Below, in pieces: positions 23,557 to 34,714 of a stretch of DNA of 64,000 bases. The position numbers were made by a program, and so were the translations under genes. How positions within the stretch are numbered: the stretch's first letter is position 1; each line of letters begins with the position of its first letter. Below the pieces are notes generated by a model. The model worked only from the letters and a program-made list of their open reading frames with translations. It was not told the DNA's origin and made no database searches. Source of the DNA: an uncultured Gemmatimonadales bacterium (GTDB lineage: Bacteria > Gemmatimonadota > Gemmatimonadetes > Gemmatimonadales > GWC2-71-9); assembly GCA_963842945.1 (NCBI GenBank), contig CAWJIM010000020.1:117711-181710 (forward strand), read 5' to 3'.

Positions 23557-24426
23557 CTAGTTGTCGCACACCGGCACCCCCGGCCGGGTTTCGTGCCGCC
23601 GTTGAGCGTCGGTGACCGGGCGCTCGGCCACAGGACCAAACCAGATGACACAGCTCTTTCCGGGGAACCGGGCATGGGTGGCTTTCGCCGTCCAGCTCTG
23701 CGCGTCCGCCGCCAGAATCCTGACCTGCACGTCCTTGTGCCAGAGGTATTGGAGCGCCAGGTTCTCCGGGCGCTTGGCGTAGAACCCCTGCATTGCAAAG
23801 AACGTTTCCTGCGAGTGCGCCAGGTTCCGGAGGTCGACCTTCATGAGCACCCGGGGGTCCAGAGCGTCCAGCGCATTCCCGGTGTCGGGCGACGCTGACT
23901 GAGGCTTGGCAGCCTTTGCCGCCCGGCCGGCTCAGCTGCTGCCGGGGGGGAGGGCTGTGGTATAGAGGCCCGAGCGTCGTCACAGACCGGAACCCCCTCG
24001 CGGCCGCGTCGGCCGTACTTGACCGTCGTTGGCGGCCTCCGCGATCGGCCGACGAAGATCACGCAGTCCCGCCCTGGAAGACTGGTATGGGTACCCCTGG
24101 CCGCCCAGCCGTCCCTCGAGATCCGCAGGAACCGTATTGTGGTGTTCGAGTCCGGCTTCAATCCCAGATGCGACAGCTCGTCGGTATAAGTGCCGTTCTC
24201 GGCGAAAAACGTCTCCTCGGCGGTAACCAGGCGTCGCAGCGTCCCCCTGGTCTCGGAAAAGGCGGCGGCCGCAGTCTCCGGGTCTATCCGGCTGCCATCT
24301 TGCCGCCTTTCACGTGACTGGGTTGGACGGCTACTGGAGTCGGCGGTGCTATCCGCACGGGCGCCTGTCCAGAGCCCGTCGCAGGTTGACATCACTACAG
24401 GCAGCCGACAACAGGATGACTGCCAT
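23557..24426 (-). CDS. Lipoprotein with two tandem pilin-head-like domains (frameshifted, start approximate)
   Basis: Lipobox 'LSAAC'; repeats 'LRRLVTAEETFFAENGTY...GWAARGTH...CVIFVG...GVPVCD' and 'LRNLAHSQETFFAMQGFY...SWTAKATH...CVIWFG...GVPVCD'. Confidence 0.7.
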
Positions 24427-24837
24427 GAGCAAGCCAAGTACTGACTCGGCGTTAGAAATAGGGGCCTCGGTACTGCGACTTGAGGGCGAGCTGGGGGGGT
24501 CAGGACTGCTCCACCGGACGGCCTCCCCATTACCTGCCGCGCGAACCAACGTGGGAGGATATGGTTTGGATCCTCCGAAGGTAGCGTCGCAGGGTCGAGC
24601 CGCAAGTCTCTGGGTCGATGTGGAAACTCCTCGCGAACCCACGACCAGGGAATGTCTTGCGGACCCGGAGACGTTGCCGCATCTTAGGCGGACAAGTTTC
24701 TATGCATAGGTCATTTTAGCCATTCCGGGGCCGCGCCCAGTCGCTCGGCGCTAGAAGTCATGAGGTTGTACTTGAGGTTGCTACTTCCCCCGCCAGCGGC
24801 TGCGCCCACCGCGCCTCGGCGACAGTCCCGCGCTACA

Positions 24838-25515
24838 ATGTGCGCAACCCGGAGGCGAGTTTCGACATCTGCCGCTCGTGAAATTCTCCTCGCAAGCTTG
24901 CTCGCGATCACTCCGGGAATGGTGCTGTCGCAGACGAAGCCTCACGTCGCGGATAGCGCTGCGATTGCTTCCGCCAGTCTGGGGCCTGGTGACTTCATCC
25001 ATCTCAAGATTTGGCGCGAACCCGATCTGTCCGACACCGTTCAGGTGGACAACGAGGGTGTGGCTGTATTCCCCAAGCTAGGTCCCATGCAGGTGACCGG
25101 AATCCGGCCTGACTCGCTGGAACGGCTGTTGGTGCATAGGTACGGGCAGTACTTGCGGAATCCGACCATCAAGGTGTCGGTCCTGCGTCGCATCGCCATA
25201 TGGGGATCGGTCATGCGCCCAGGAACTTATCCGGTGGACCTGACGATGAGCATCACCGATGCGCTCGCGCTCGCGGGCGGTGCTTCGGCGGATGGAACAA
25301 CCGACAAGGTGGAGCTCCGACGCGACGGCAAGCGGTATATGGTGAACCTCTCGGACAAGCCTGAACGGTCGGGCGAGCTCGCGCTCCGGTCCGGCGACCA
25401 ACTCGTGGTTCCCCAGCGGAGTTGGGTCAGTCGTAATACCGGGCTTAATCATTGCGGCCGTCGGTACTGTCACCAGTATCGCCTGGCTAGTCTCACGAAA
25501 CTAGCAGAGTCCTGA
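24838..25515 (+). CDS. wza: Polysaccharide export protein (Poly_export + SLBB), Wza-like
   Basis: 'LGPGDFI..IWREPDLS..VQVDNEG', 'GSVMRPGTY', 'ALALAGG', 'LRSGDQLVVP'. Confidence 0.85.
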   Translation: MCATRRRVSTSAAREILLASLLAITPGMVLSQTKPHVADSAAIASASLGPGDFIHLKIWREPDLSDTVQVDNEGVAVFPKLGPMQVTGIRPDSLERLLVHRYGQYLRNPTIKVSVLRRIAIWGSVMRPGTYPVDLTMSITDALALAGGASADGTTDKVELRRDGKRYMVNLSDKPERSGELALRSGDQLVVPQRSWVSRNTGLNHCGRRYCHQYRLASLTKLAES

Positions 25516-25715
25516 GGACTCCTTGAGTCACATCACAGTCCGCAGCGAACCGTCTGTCGGGAGCCTTTTACCATTGGCTGAGTCGATAGCCGAAGGCGAA
25601 TCATATTCCCGGCGGGCCACCTTGCGCGCGCAAGTGGCGGCGTTTGCGGGATCGCGATCCGAACGTGCTGGTCTGATGTCCCGTATGACAGCACCTACGA
25701 AATACTTCCGGGTTT

Positions 25716-27248
25716 ATGAGCACAATGCCAGTACTCGCTAGCCGTCGGAAGGAGGGCGGAGGAGCTAACGGAGCGCACACCGGCGGCCAGGCTCCGGGCC
25801 AGAGTCGCGGGCTACCTGCCTCGCCTGCAAAACGACTGCAAGCCAAGCGATTCCTCCGGATGGTCCGGGTCGGCGATACCGCGATTGCAATGGTCGTTCT
25901 GCTCGGCGGATTTCTGGCGTCAAACATCGACCGAATGCCCACTGGGCTGCAGGGCTTTCTAGAGATTCGGCTGACCGTCAAGAATCTCCTGTTGGTGATC
26001 GGATTCGCCGTTGCGTTTCGGCTGATCTGCGTCCTCATGGGGCTCTACGACGACAAGCGGATCGCGGACCTGCGCGCGGAGGCTAGAAGGATCTTGGCGG
26101 CAGTGACTATGAGCTCGATGATCGCTCTGATCTTCCCCTTGATCAGCGTGACTCACGCCTTTGACCCTGTCGCGCTCGTTTTGTTCTGGATCGGAAGCGC
26201 CACGAGTATGCTCCTCTTCCGAGCCGGTCTGCGAGGTCTACTCTATGCACCGCTGCCCAAGGGGCACGATGTCCTGATTGTGGGGAGCGGGCCACGCGCC
26301 CTCACAGTCTACCAGGGCCTATCCGGAGACCAAGGCAACGGGTTCCGCTTGCTTGGATTCGTGGACTCCTCTGACCGGGAGGTGGCACCAGAAATTCGGA
26401 GTCGTATGCTGGGCACTCTCGATGAGCTCGAAGAGATACTAATGCGGCGTCCGGTCGACGAGGTTCTTATCGCGCTGCCGGTCAGATCGCGATACACTGA
26501 AATCCAGCGCGCAATCGAGATCTGCGAGCGTGGAGGCGTGCCGGCTCAATATCTCGCCGATGTATTCCAGCATCGGCAGAATGGCAAGCAGCAGCTTGCG
26601 GCGGGGCCTCTCACCGCAGTCCCGGCGCACGGGTTCCCCGAGGATGCCGGGTTGATTGTGAAAAGGTGCCTGGACGTGATACTCGCAGGGCTCGGGTTGG
26701 CACTCGCCTTGCCAGTGCTCGCGGCTGCGGCACTCGCCATCAAACTCACAAGCCCCGGCCCAGTCCTCTTCGCTCAGGAGCGTTACGGGCTGAACAAACG
26801 CAGGTTCAAGATGTACAAGCTCCGGAGCATGGTCGTCGGCGCCGAAGACCAGCAGCAGCTCCTTGAGGCCAACAACGAGGCCAGCGGCCCGGTGTTCAAG
26901 ATCCGCGCGGACCCTAGGATTACCCCGGTGGGCCGGGTGCTCCGGCGCCTCTCAATCGACGAGCTGCCTCAGCTGATCAACGTTCTCCGCGGTGACATGT
27001 CTTTGGTCGGGCCGCGCCCGTTGCCCGACCGGGACGTGAGCCGATTTTCACAGCCGACCCTCATGCGCCGGTTCAGCGTGTACCCAGGTATCACAGGTCT
27101 CTGGCAAGTGAGTGGCCGAAGTGAGCTGACATTCGATGACCTGATCCGGCTCGATCTTCAGTATATCGACGGGTGGTCCCTTCAGCTCGATCTACAGATC
27201 CTTCTCCGGACGGTGCCGACGGTGATTTACGGCCAGGGAGCAGTGTAG
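25716..27248 (+). CDS. Priming undecaprenyl-phosphate glycosylphosphotransferase (WcaJ/WbaP family)
   Basis: TMs plus Bac_transf domain: 'KRCLD', 'DPRITPVG', 'DELPQL.NVL.GDMSLVGPRP', 'PGITGLWQVSGR'. Confidence 0.95.
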   Translation: MSTMPVLASRRKEGGGANGAHTGGQAPGQSRGLPASPAKRLQAKRFLRMVRVGDTAIAMVVLLGGFLASNIDRMPTGLQGFLEIRLTVKNLLLVIGFAVAFRLICVLMGLYDDKRIADLRAEARRILAAVTMSSMIALIFPLISVTHAFDPVALVLFWIGSATSMLLFRAGLRGLLYAPLPKGHDVLIVGSGPRALTVYQGLSGDQGNGFRLLGFVDSSDREVAPEIRSRMLGTLDELEEILMRRPVDEVLIALPVRSRYTEIQRAIEICERGGVPAQYLADVFQHRQNGKQQLAAGPLTAVPAHGFPEDAGLIVKRCLDVILAGLGLALALPVLAAAALAIKLTSPGPVLFAQERYGLNKRRFKMYKLRSMVVGAEDQQQLLEANNEASGPVFKIRADPRITPVGRVLRRLSIDELPQLINVLRGDMSLVGPRPLPDRDVSRFSQPTLMRRFSVYPGITGLWQVSGRSELTFDDLIRLDLQYIDGWSLQLDLQILLRTVPTVIYGQGAV

Positions 27249-27771
27249 AGATCAGCGAATACGAGTTACTACTTGCCGCTCCCGAACAACCGGTTTTGTC
27301 CCATCTCGTCTTCCCCGGCTGCGAGCCATCGTCGGAGGATGGACGGGGACAAGATCCAGATCGGCAGTGTCGTAATGCGCGTAGTGTCTCACGAGCGCGC
27401 TCGGCCTTGCGCAACCCAATCAGCGACTGCACACTATGGATGCAGTTGCTGCGCCAGTCCGATAAGCCGATGGTACGCTTGATCTACGAGCAGAATTGCA
27501 GGGTTTATCGCGTTGCGCAGAGCACCAGGTGCCATTCGATGCTCAACCCTACCCCTCCGGCAGGCCGCCGGGTGGGCATAGCTCCTCGAAGGATTCTTTG
27601 AACACGCCGTCCCACTTTGGGTGGGCCGACTCGATTTGTACGTAGTCTAGGCTAAGGAGTTCGCAAGTGAGGTTTGACAGGATCTGGTTTGGCGGCAAGG
27701 CGGGGATCGTGGCAGCTCGCATTACCGACGCCGCGACCATTGCGGTCGCTGTGATTCAGTAATCGGCGATC

Positions 27772-30273
27772 ATGTTCCCCATGGTCCCACGTGTGCCCGG
27801 CCAACGGCAGATAGAGCCCGGCGCTTTTACTCCGCCGCTCCCGGGCCATCTCACCCTACGCGATGTCACGGCGATGCTGCGCCGTCATCGTTTCTTAGTT
27901 GCACTCTGTGTGCTACTGGCGGTTGCTCTGGGCGGAGCCTACACCCTGCGCGCCCCTCGAGTCTACGAGGCCAGCAGCGTTCTGCAGTTCGATTCGGAGG
28001 AAATCAATCTCCCCCAGTTGGTACAGCAGCTCTCCACCGAGAACCGGATCAGCACCGAAATACAAGTCTTGCAGGGCCCGAGCGCGGCCGCGGCCGTAGT
28101 TGATTCTCTCGGTCTGCGCGCTCGCCTGGTCGCACCTCGCCGCGCCCAAATCTCGCAGCTTTTTTCGCTACTTCGGGTGGCGCCGGGTAGCGATACTCTC
28201 ACCCTGATCCTGGTGACAGGACCCGGTGGGAGTTTAATGATGAGACGACGGGAGTCGCCTCATGACGAGGTGTCGGTGCCCATTGGCGACACGGTTCAGG
28301 TTGGTGGCCTGACTTTCGCCCTGGCTGCAGCTGCCCGGGATGTGCCTGAGCTCCGTCTAGTGGTCGGATCGATGGCCGAAGCTGTTGCGCTATTCAGATC
28401 CAGTCTCCAGGTCTCCCGTCCTGCCAGAGATGCCGATCTGATTGTCGTGCACGTCCGGGCAAGCGACCCCGGTCAGGCAGCCGCTGCCGCCAACCTCCTG
28501 ACCCAACAGCTTATTTCCCGGCGCCACGGGACCCAGTTGGCGCGCACCGGCAGCACCGTCCAGTTCCTCAAGCACCAACTGGACACGCTGGGCACTCAGC
28601 TGCGCCGGGCGGAGGATGCCCTGCGGGCTTATCGCGAGCGCGCCGGTGTCGTCGACGTCGAGGAGGAGGCCAGGACTCAGGTGAGGCGTCTGGCCGATAT
28701 TGAGGCCGACCGGGGTGCAATGGAGGCGGAGCGGCAGGCACTGGCTCTGCTGGTGCAACAGATGCGAAGCGATTCGGCGCGGGCGCTACCGGGCGGTCAG
28801 GCGAAGTCGCGAGGCCTCGTCTCATTCCCGACCCTGTTCAAGAACGCGGCTGCTTCTGAGCTGCTCGCAGCGCTGGCCCAAGTAGAGAACGAGCGGTCCG
28901 CACTCCTGGTCAGGAGGAAGCCCGAGGATCCGGATGTGCAGGTGCTCACCAACAGGATCAGGGAACTCGACGCGCAACTCCAGGGTATCGCGGAAACGTA
29001 CCTGCAAGGCCTGACCAACCAGGTAAGTGCGCTTCGGGAGGTGGCCCGGGGTTTCGGAGGGGCGCTCAACACGTTGCCAAAGAAGGAGGTCCAGACGGCG
29101 CGACTGGAGCGAGAGGTGAAGGTTCAGCAGGATCTTTACACCTTGATCCAGACCCGCCTCAAGGAAGCGGAGATCACTCGGGCGATGGAGGATCCGAGTG
29201 TCCGCATAGTCGACCCTGCGGTCGTCCCCAACAGTCCCGTTTCCCCCAGACCACTGCTCAACCTGGCGCTCTCTCTCGTGGTCGGTTCCCTGCTTGGCGT
29301 GGTGACCGCGCTCGGCCGGGAACTGAAGGACCGATCGATTCGCACGCGGGGCGATGCACTTCTTGCCGCTGGGCTCCCTGTCGTTGGAGCAATTCCGCGT
29401 CTGGAACGTCGACCCGTCAAGTTGTTGCCCCAAAAGACTCAGCCACCAAGGCGTGCCAACCCAGCCGGCTGGACCTTCCTTGGGTCGTCCGTTCCAATAG
29501 CCCAAGCAGCAACCACCCCCCCGCAAGAGCATCGCCGCCTGCATCGCGGAGCGGCCGCGCGCCTCTATTCCCGGCTGGTCACTCGAAGGGAGACGCCAGC
29601 GGCCTATGTTGAGTCCTTGAATCAGCTCCATGCGAATCTGGTGCTCGCGAACCAAGAGCGGCCGCCCAAGGTCCTGGTGTTCACTAGTCCTCTGCCCGGG
29701 GAGGGGAAGACCCTTTCAATCATCAACTTTGCGCTGACGCTGGCGGAGCGGGGTCTGCGTGTCCTCCTGGTCGACGCAGATTTTCGCCGTGGCCTGGTGA
29801 ACGAGGTGTTTGGCTGCGCGCGCGCACCCGGGTTCGCCGAGCTGTTAGCGGGGTCCGCGCGGTTCGAGGACGGGGCCCATCGCGTCGCGGTTGGCGAAAC
29901 CGGTGCACTGGTGATCCTGCCCGCAGGCGCCCTGCCCTCAAACCAGCGTCAGCTGATGACTATTGAACGGGCCCGGGAGGTCACTCAGGCCCTCGCTCCT
30001 GAGTTCGACGTCGTGCTCATCGATAGTCCTCCCGTCAACTTGCTCGCGGATGCCGCGCTGCTGGGGTCAGCTGCGGATGCGGTGGTGCTGGTAGTGCGGG
30101 CCGGGCACACCCGGGTCGACGCGGTCCGCTTCGCGATGGAACAACTGACCGCGGCGCACGCCCCGGTCATTGGCACTCTTCTTAATGACATCGACCTCCG
30201 CCGCAATGCCGACGATGACGGCTCCTATCGCTACATAGTCGAAGTGGAGCGTTATTACTCAGGCCGAAGCTAG
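27772..30273 (+). CDS. wzc: Wzc polysaccharide co-polymerase / tyrosine autokinase
   Basis: Two TMs around a coiled-coil region; 'GEGKT', 'VDADFR', 'IDSPP'; C-terminal tyrosines. Confidence 0.93.
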   Translation: MFPMVPRVPGQRQIEPGAFTPPLPGHLTLRDVTAMLRRHRFLVALCVLLAVALGGAYTLRAPRVYEASSVLQFDSEEINLPQLVQQLSTENRISTEIQVLQGPSAAAAVVDSLGLRARLVAPRRAQISQLFSLLRVAPGSDTLTLILVTGPGGSLMMRRRESPHDEVSVPIGDTVQVGGLTFALAAAARDVPELRLVVGSMAEAVALFRSSLQVSRPARDADLIVVHVRASDPGQAAAAANLLTQQLISRRHGTQLARTGSTVQFLKHQLDTLGTQLRRAEDALRAYRERAGVVDVEEEARTQVRRLADIEADRGAMEAERQALALLVQQMRSDSARALPGGQAKSRGLVSFPTLFKNAAASELLAALAQVENERSALLVRRKPEDPDVQVLTNRIRELDAQLQGIAETYLQGLTNQVSALREVARGFGGALNTLPKKEVQTARLEREVKVQQDLYTLIQTRLKEAEITRAMEDPSVRIVDPAVVPNSPVSPRPLLNLALSLVVGSLLGVVTALGRELKDRSIRTRGDALLAAGLPVVGAIPRLERRPVKLLPQKTQPPRRANPAGWTFLGSSVPIAQAATTPPQEHRRLHRGAAARLYSRLVTRRETPAAYVESLNQLHANLVLANQERPPKVLVFTSPLPGEGKTLSIINFALTLAERGLRVLLVDADFRRGLVNEVFGCARAPGFAELLAGSARFEDGAHRVAVGETGALVILPAGALPSNQRQLMTIERAREVTQALAPEFDVVLIDSPPVNLLADAALLGSAADAVVLVVRAGHTRVDAVRFAMEQLTAAHAPVIGTLLNDIDLRRNADDDGSYRYIVEVERYYSGRS

Positions 30274-30818
30274 TTGCAGGGGCTCGTGTAGCCGGAGGTG
30301 TGCAGCAGCCAGGACCAGTCTCGTCGTGCACCACTGGTGGACGAGAACAGACACACGCAGCAGCCCGCGGGAAGGGCATGGAATCCCGGGGTGGCGGTGA
30401 GGGTGCAGTCTACCCGGACGATTGTGCGATTCGCCCCTGGACGTATACCGTCGTCTGGAATACGCAATCCTCTTACCAGTCAGGCCTCCCCGAGGGTCTC
30501 TCGAATTTTCAGCAACGGGGCACCTGTTCATTGGGTGGCTCTCCTGTTTCTAGCGGCGCGATCGGAGTCCATGCACGTACCCGTAGGTGGATTCGCAGGT
30601 CCACGCCGCGCCGGGATCGCAGATCCTCACTCACCCTTCTGACGGCCTGAATCAACAAGAGCCAGGTGAGCTGCTCCCAGGCCTTTTCGCCCGGAGAGGC
30701 CTCTGTTCCAAAGCCGAAGTTCGAGGATGTTCCCAGCCACTCCCAATGGGCCCGGAGTAAGGGAAGAGCTGTGAAGCTGTCGAGCGCGTGATATGGAGAG
30801 ACCAAATAAGGCGAAACG

Positions 30819-32414
30819 ATGTCATTAAGCAGGAATTTCATTAAGAACAGTTTCTTCAATGTCGCCGGCTGGCTATGGCTCACGATTATCAGCGTCGCGA
30901 CAGTCCCTTATATCGTGAAGAAGTTGGGGTACGATGCCTACGGCGTCCTGAGCCTCGTCTTCATGGTCCTGGGATATTTTGCTTTTATGGACCTAGGCCT
31001 CGGCGAGGCGGTCATCAAGTACGTTTCTCATTATCATGCTCTGAAGAATTACGAGAAGATGAACCGGATCCTGAACTCGATTCTGTTCCTGTTTATCTCC
31101 ATTGGGATCGTCGGAGGGGTCGGGATCATCCTTTTTACAGAGTTCTTTGCGATCAAGCTGTTCAAGATCCCCCCTCCTCTTGTCAACGATACGCGGTTCT
31201 GCTTTTTCCTGTCCTCTATAGGGTTCGCGCTCATCATGATCCTTGGTGCTCTTTCCAGGATCCCCGAGGCTGTTCAAAGGTTTGATATCAGCAATCGCAA
31301 CAATGTCATCACTGGGACTCTAGTCAGCATCGGCAATGTGGCTCTCTTGGCCATAGGCCTGGGCTTGAAAGAGATCGTCGTGTTAAACCTCTTTTCAGAG
31401 ATCCTGGGAATCTCTCTTTTTTACCGGGCCGCAAGACAGTTGATCCCGGAACTTAAGTTCTCTTTCCGGTTCTACGTCGTCGAGTTCCAAGAGGTCATGG
31501 GCTTTGGTCTGTACACGGTATGCATCAAGTTCGGCAGCCTGATCATTGCGACGGTCAACCAGCTCATTCTGGGACTTGTGATCGGGCCGGCCGGGGTGGC
31601 CATATACAATGTCCCGTTCAAGATCATTACCCGCTTCAATGGGTTCGTCTACCGAATAGCGTTCGTCATTTTCCCGGTCAGCAGCGAACTGCAGGCCACC
31701 GCGGACACGCAGAAGCTGCACGAATCCTATCTCAGATTGTCTAAATTCGTATTCTTGCTGAGCAGTATCCTTTTTCTGCCATTGGCGGCCTTCTCGCTCC
31801 AGATCCTCCAATACTGGATGGGCGCTGATTTCGCTGCGAAGGGTGCGGTCGTGATGTTCTATTGCTGCGTTGCGTTCTATTTCATAAGTCTTACGATGGT
31901 GCCGTCTCTTGTCGCTCTGGGGATGGGGAAGCCGGCCATGAATGCCGTTTTTGCGTCAATCACGGCCGGCATTAATCTGGTTCTCGTCTATCCATTTACG
32001 AAACATTGGGGGGTGAACGGCGCCGCCGCCGCACTTTTGGTCAGCTCCCTGCCTTTCCCGGTCTATATCTATTTTGTGAACCGGAACATCATCAACGTTG
32101 ATGCCACTCGCTACTTCAAGGTCGTGTTCGGCCGTATGGCTGTTGCAGGGCTCATCTTTTTCGCTATCGTCAGCAACTTTGTGACTAAACTAGCGACATC
32201 TGGTCCCAGATTCCTTTTCCTGATACTTGTGAATTATTTCTTCTTTAGTGTCCTTGTTTATTTCGTTGGCCTAGATGGGGAAGAGCGCACAATCATACGC
32301 GACAGGATAGCAGATGTCAGAGCCAGGCTGCTAACCAGCGCAGCCTCAGCAGACCCCGACGGAAACCTCAAAGAAAACATATCAGGAGCGTCAAGATACA
32401 GGACGCCGAGATGA
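30819..32414 (+). CDS. wzx: Wzx flippase
   Basis: Multi-TM, 'KKLGYDAYG', 'MDLGLG', 'WGVNGAAAA'. Confidence 0.9.
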   Translation: MSLSRNFIKNSFFNVAGWLWLTIISVATVPYIVKKLGYDAYGVLSLVFMVLGYFAFMDLGLGEAVIKYVSHYHALKNYEKMNRILNSILFLFISIGIVGGVGIILFTEFFAIKLFKIPPPLVNDTRFCFFLSSIGFALIMILGALSRIPEAVQRFDISNRNNVITGTLVSIGNVALLAIGLGLKEIVVLNLFSEILGISLFYRAARQLIPELKFSFRFYVVEFQEVMGFGLYTVCIKFGSLIIATVNQLILGLVIGPAGVAIYNVPFKIITRFNGFVYRIAFVIFPVSSELQATADTQKLHESYLRLSKFVFLLSSILFLPLAAFSLQILQYWMGADFAAKGAVVMFYCCVAFYFISLTMVPSLVALGMGKPAMNAVFASITAGINLVLVYPFTKHWGVNGAAAALLVSSLPFPVYIYFVNRNIINVDATRYFKVVFGRMAVAGLIFFAIVSNFVTKLATSGPRFLFLILVNYFFFSVLVYFVGLDGEERTIIRDRIADVRARLLTSAASADPDGNLKENISGASRYRTPR

Positions 32415-33547
32415 TCAAGGTCTATTACGACGGGAATATATTTTACCGGCAGAGACACGGCGGAATCAGTGTCGTTTTCAGCGAGATATTCAAACGCATC
32501 GGCAGGAATAGGGACTTTGAATGCCTGTGTACGTTCCCGTCGGACAATATCTGTGCGGACGTCCGGGATATCCGCAAGGCGATTATCCCCAAGACCCGGC
32601 CCCACCGGTATTTTCCGCATGTCTGGAATGTTTTCAGTTGTGCGTATGCGTTCCTTTTCCGGCCCGACATATTTCACAGCACGTATTATTCCTCGCCTTG
32701 CGGAGGCCGGCCAACGAGAAATGTGCTGACCATCCATGACATGATCTGCGAGCTTTTCCCGGAGGAGTTTAGCGGCGAGGACAATGGGGAATTTGTCAAG
32801 CTCAAGCGGGATTTGGCCCACAACGCCGACGCGATCGTATGTTATTCGGAATCAACGAAGGGGGATGTGCTGCGGATCTATGAAGACATTCCTCCGGAAA
32901 AGGTCTATGTGATCCACAACGGCGTTGATGAGAGTTTTTGTCAACCGGTCAGCCATCAGCAAAAGGAGGAGTTCCGAAGGATATCCGGCCTGACGAAGCC
33001 GTTCTTCCTCTACGTCGGGCGGCTCAACAACCTGTACAAGAATTTTCAGCTTCTGCTCGAGGTCTATACCTCGACCCCCGAGCTATACGAACGGTGTGAC
33101 CTGGCCGTGGTCAGCGCGGACCGGTTTGATGAACAGCAGATGGCACTGATTAATGGACATCCCGAGAGGGTCAAGCGCTTTGCCGGGCTCGATGCGCACC
33201 AGCTCAAACTAGTTTACGCCTGCTGTCACGCGCTCGTTTACCCGTCAAAACATGAAGGGTTCGGGATCCCGATCCTAGAGGCCATGGCCTGCGGCGCTCC
33301 GGTGCTGGCTGCGGGAGTCTCTTCGTTGCCAGAGGTCGGGGGAGATGCCGCATTATATTTTGATCCGCGGTCGAAGGATGAGCTACGGGAATGCATGCTA
33401 CAAGTCTGCGACAACAACGGATCACGGGCGGATCTAGTCTCGAGGGGCTACGAAAACTTGACCCGGTTTTCTTGGGACAGGGCAGTCCGGCAGCTGGAGC
33501 AGATCTACAAGGGTCTTGTTGCTGGTCAGCCGGGCAGTCAGAAGTGA
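32411..33547 (+). CDS. GT4 glycosyltransferase
   Basis: 'YPSKHEGFGIPILEAMACG...SSLPEVGG'. Confidence 0.92.
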   Translation: MIKVYYDGNIFYRQRHGGISVVFSEIFKRIGRNRDFECLCTFPSDNICADVRDIRKAIIPKTRPHRYFPHVWNVFSCAYAFLFRPDIFHSTYYSSPCGGRPTRNVLTIHDMICELFPEEFSGEDNGEFVKLKRDLAHNADAIVCYSESTKGDVLRIYEDIPPEKVYVIHNGVDESFCQPVSHQQKEEFRRISGLTKPFFLYVGRLNNLYKNFQLLLEVYTSTPELYERCDLAVVSADRFDEQQMALINGHPERVKRFAGLDAHQLKLVYACCHALVYPSKHEGFGIPILEAMACGAPVLAAGVSSLPEVGGDAALYFDPRSKDELRECMLQVCDNNGSRADLVSRGYENLTRFSWDRAVRQLEQIYKGLVAGQPGSQK

Positions 33548-33663
33548 CGAGATGATATCGAGCTGAATGGAAGATTAGCATGTTGCAAGAACCGATCTCC
33601 CGAGAGGCTTACCGCCACCAGGACATTCCCGTGGACGCTTAATCTCCTGGTGCCCTTTATCGT

Positions 33664-34431
33664 GTGAACACAATCATGAGAGTGTCGGTCATCACAGTGT
33701 GCTGGAACAGCGAGGCCGTCCTAGGCCGTGCCCTGGCCTCGTTGCGGGCGCAAACGTGGTCGGACATTCAGATGGTAATCGTGGACGGCGGCTCCACTGA
33801 CGGCACCGTGTCACTCGCACGCACTTTTGCTCACGACGGCGATGTCATCGTCAGTGAACGTGATGACGGCATCTACAACGCGATGAACAAGGGACTCACC
33901 CTTGCGACGGGCGATCTCATTTACTTCCTAAACTCAGATGATCGCCTCTTCGGCCCCGATGTCATCGCCGACATTGCAGAAGTGGCAGCGGGCGCGTCCG
34001 CCGACATTATCGTCGGCGACGTGCTATGCAGCAGCCAAGATGCTCGTTTCCGTAAATCGCACGCTCATATCAGGCGATGGAACTTGGTACACGAGCGCAT
34101 TTGTCATCAGGCAGCGTTTGTTCGCCGCGCGGTGTTCGAGCGGTTCGGTGGGTTCGATGAGCGTTACAGAATCAGCGGCGACCACGAGTTTTTCGTCCGC
34201 GCGTTACGCCGTGGCGCGACGTTAGAGTATGTGCCTAAGGTCATTGCGGAATTCCAACTCGACGGTATGAGCTCGCGTGCAGGACTGGAAGTGAGAGCGG
34301 AAACCAACGACATTCTTCGGCGGTATAAGCGCCCGCTTGATGTACCACTGCTGCTTGGGTATCGCCTCGTCCGCAAGGCTTATCGAACTATCAGGGGACA
34401 CTGGTTGGATCGACCGACTCGGCAACGCTAA
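33664..34431 (+). CDS. GT2 glycosyltransferase (WcaE/WfgS-like)
   Basis: 'VDGGSTDGT', 'GIYNAMNKG', 'FLNSDD', 'CHQA'. Confidence 0.92.
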   Translation: MNTIMRVSVITVCWNSEAVLGRALASLRAQTWSDIQMVIVDGGSTDGTVSLARTFAHDGDVIVSERDDGIYNAMNKGLTLATGDLIYFLNSDDRLFGPDVIADIAEVAAGASADIIVGDVLCSSQDARFRKSHAHIRRWNLVHERICHQAAFVRRAVFERFGGFDERYRISGDHEFFVRALRRGATLEYVPKVIAEFQLDGMSSRAGLEVRAETNDILRRYKRPLDVPLLLGYRLVRKAYRTIRGHWLDRPTRQR

Positions 34432-34714
34432 TCGCGGAAGCGAGGTTCCGCGCCTCACTCTGCGTTTGCACGTACCGACGCAGGATCTTTCATCGTGAGG
34501 TCAGAACGTGGGGCTTAGCTTGGCGGAGCTCTAGTCGCTGTCATCGCAGGGGCATCGCAGCGCGAAGCGACCACGAGTTGACCCGGTATTCTCTTTGCAC
34601 CTGTCGTCAAGAGCCGCAGCTCGCTGCGGTTAACCTGAGGCTCATCTTGCATCACAATGCACTCTGGTGCACGCCGCATCACACGCGTCGCTTTCAGCCA
34701 ATGGCATTCTGGCA

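Noticed and set aside
24700..24760. ops/JUMPstart-like GGCGCTAG before wza
   Set aside because: Mismatch in the GGCGGTAG core and no JUMPstart context.
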